Shown piece by piece: positions 63,496-64,000 of a stretch of DNA of 64,000 nucleotides. A program made the translations under genes and the position numbers. Source of the stretch: Oscillospiraceae bacterium. Lineage in GTDB: Bacteria; Bacteroidota; Bacteroidia; Bacteroidales; WCHB1-69. Where the stretch lies: contig CAVEXN010000011.1 of the NCBI GenBank assembly GCA_963620035.1, positions 149 through 64,148 on the forward strand, written 5' to 3'. Position 1 is the stretch's first letter, and each line of letters starts with the position of its first letter. The notes below the pieces were generated by a model. That model made no database searches. It saw nothing but the letters and a program-made list of their open reading frames with translations, and was not told where the DNA came from.

Positions 63496-64000
63496 ATGAG
63501 AACGTTTGAAAATGCGGAAATTCTCCGTTGGATTGAAGGATGCCGTGAGGGCAACCGGTGGGCGCAATATCAGTTGTTCATGCATTTTTACAGTAAAATG
63601 TTTGGCATCTGCATGCGGTATGCCGGCAGCAGGGAGGAAGCGGAGGACATGCTGAACGAAGGTTTCATGAAAGTGTTCTCCAACCTCGGAAAATACGAGA
63701 ACACCGGCTCTTTCGAATCGTGGATGGCACGGGTCATGGTGAATGCTGCACTCGACTACCGCAGGAAGTACATTCCCAAAGTCACGATGTCCGAATTGAC
63801 GGAAATCGAAGAGAGTTCAGAAATCGGAGCAGATGTCAACGCGGCAATCGACCGGCTGTCAGCCGAAGCGGTGACCATGCTGATACAGCAGCTGCCGCCC
63901 GCCACGAGGACAGTCTTCAACCTCTTTGCGTTTGAAGGCTATTCGCATGCCGAAATCGCGGCACGGCTGGGAATGAGCGAGGGGACCTCCGCATGGCACG
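63496..64000 (+). CDS. ECF-type sigma-70 family factor, N-terminal part (continues past the window end)
   Basis: Hand translation from the ATG at 63496: MRTFENAEILRWIEGCREGNRWAQYQLFMHFYSKMFGICMRYAGSREEAEDMLNEGFMKVFSNLGKYENTGSFESWMARVMVNAALDYRRK...LPPATRTVFNLFAFEGYSHAEIAARLGMSEGTS. The frame is open to the window end and is not in the ORF track. Confidence 0.8.
   Translation, partial: MRTFENAEILRWIEGCREGNRWAQYQLFMHFYSKMFGICMRYAGSREEAEDMLNEGFMKVFSNLGKYENTGSFESWMARVMVNAALDYRRKYIPKVTMSELTEIEESSEIGADVNAAIDRLSAEAVTMLIQQLPPATRTVFNLFAFEGYSHAEIAARLGMSEGTSAWH

Noticed and set aside
63321-63509. A 62-aa ORF between the small outer-membrane barrel gene and the third ECF sigma gene.
   Set aside because: It has no recognisable features and overlaps the sigma start codon. 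It is most likely an intergenic chance ORF, and only the sigma gene is reported.
1-64000. Search for a CRISPR array, tRNA/rRNA genes, IS elements/transposases, integrases, phage genes or toxin-antitoxin pairs.
   Set aside because: No direct-repeat/spacer pattern, no cloverleaf-sized conserved RNA in the few intergenic gaps longer than 150 bp, and no ORF with transposase/integrase motifs were seen by eye. The MORN/YwqK-like gene has no adjacent toxin-like partner. A tRNAscan/Infernal run would be needed for certainty.

Overview
This window looks like a chromosomal segment from a Bacteroidota (Bacteroidales-type) genome. The evidence for that placement is a complete porP-porK-porL-porM-porN type IX secretion (T9SS) core operon, T9SS type A and type B C-terminal sorting domains, repeated TAnnTTTG (-7) promoter boxes, and Gln after almost every predicted signal peptide. 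Coding density is high, with about 55 protein genes. Most of them sit in two long co-directional blocks: minus strand 20958-34675 and plus strand 39615-64000. I saw no rRNA, tRNA, CRISPR array, transposase, integrase or prophage genes by eye.

Housekeeping genes:
- Envelope and lipid: kdsB, pssA, hldD, murG.
- Replication and repair: holB, recQ, rmuC, mpg.
- Translation and tRNA: lepA, tcdA.
- Metabolism and other: pepP, ribBA, lysC, tnaA-like lyase, an OPT transporter, and SurA/PpiD-like chaperones.

Accessory and less-understood content:
- A translationally coupled module at 16105-20951 is the best candidate for an undescribed system. It runs ECF sigma factor, then an anti-sigma-like membrane protein whose whole ectodomain is a T9SS type B sorting domain, then a zinc-site-less M16 pseudopeptidase, then an FN3-rich type B cargo protein.
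- A visibly AT-rich orphan island (34676-36096) is wedged between the T9SS operon promoter and a 1155-aa outer-membrane protein of unknown family.
- A TonB-dependent-receptor-like barrel is followed by two tandem paralogous OB-fold lipoproteins.
- Two further ECF sigma modules are present.
- An AddB-like Fe-S nuclease has no helicase partner nearby.
- An animal-type glutaminyl cyclase fits the Gln-after-signal-peptide pattern seen across the window.

All family assignments come from reading the translations and remembered motifs. No database search was run.
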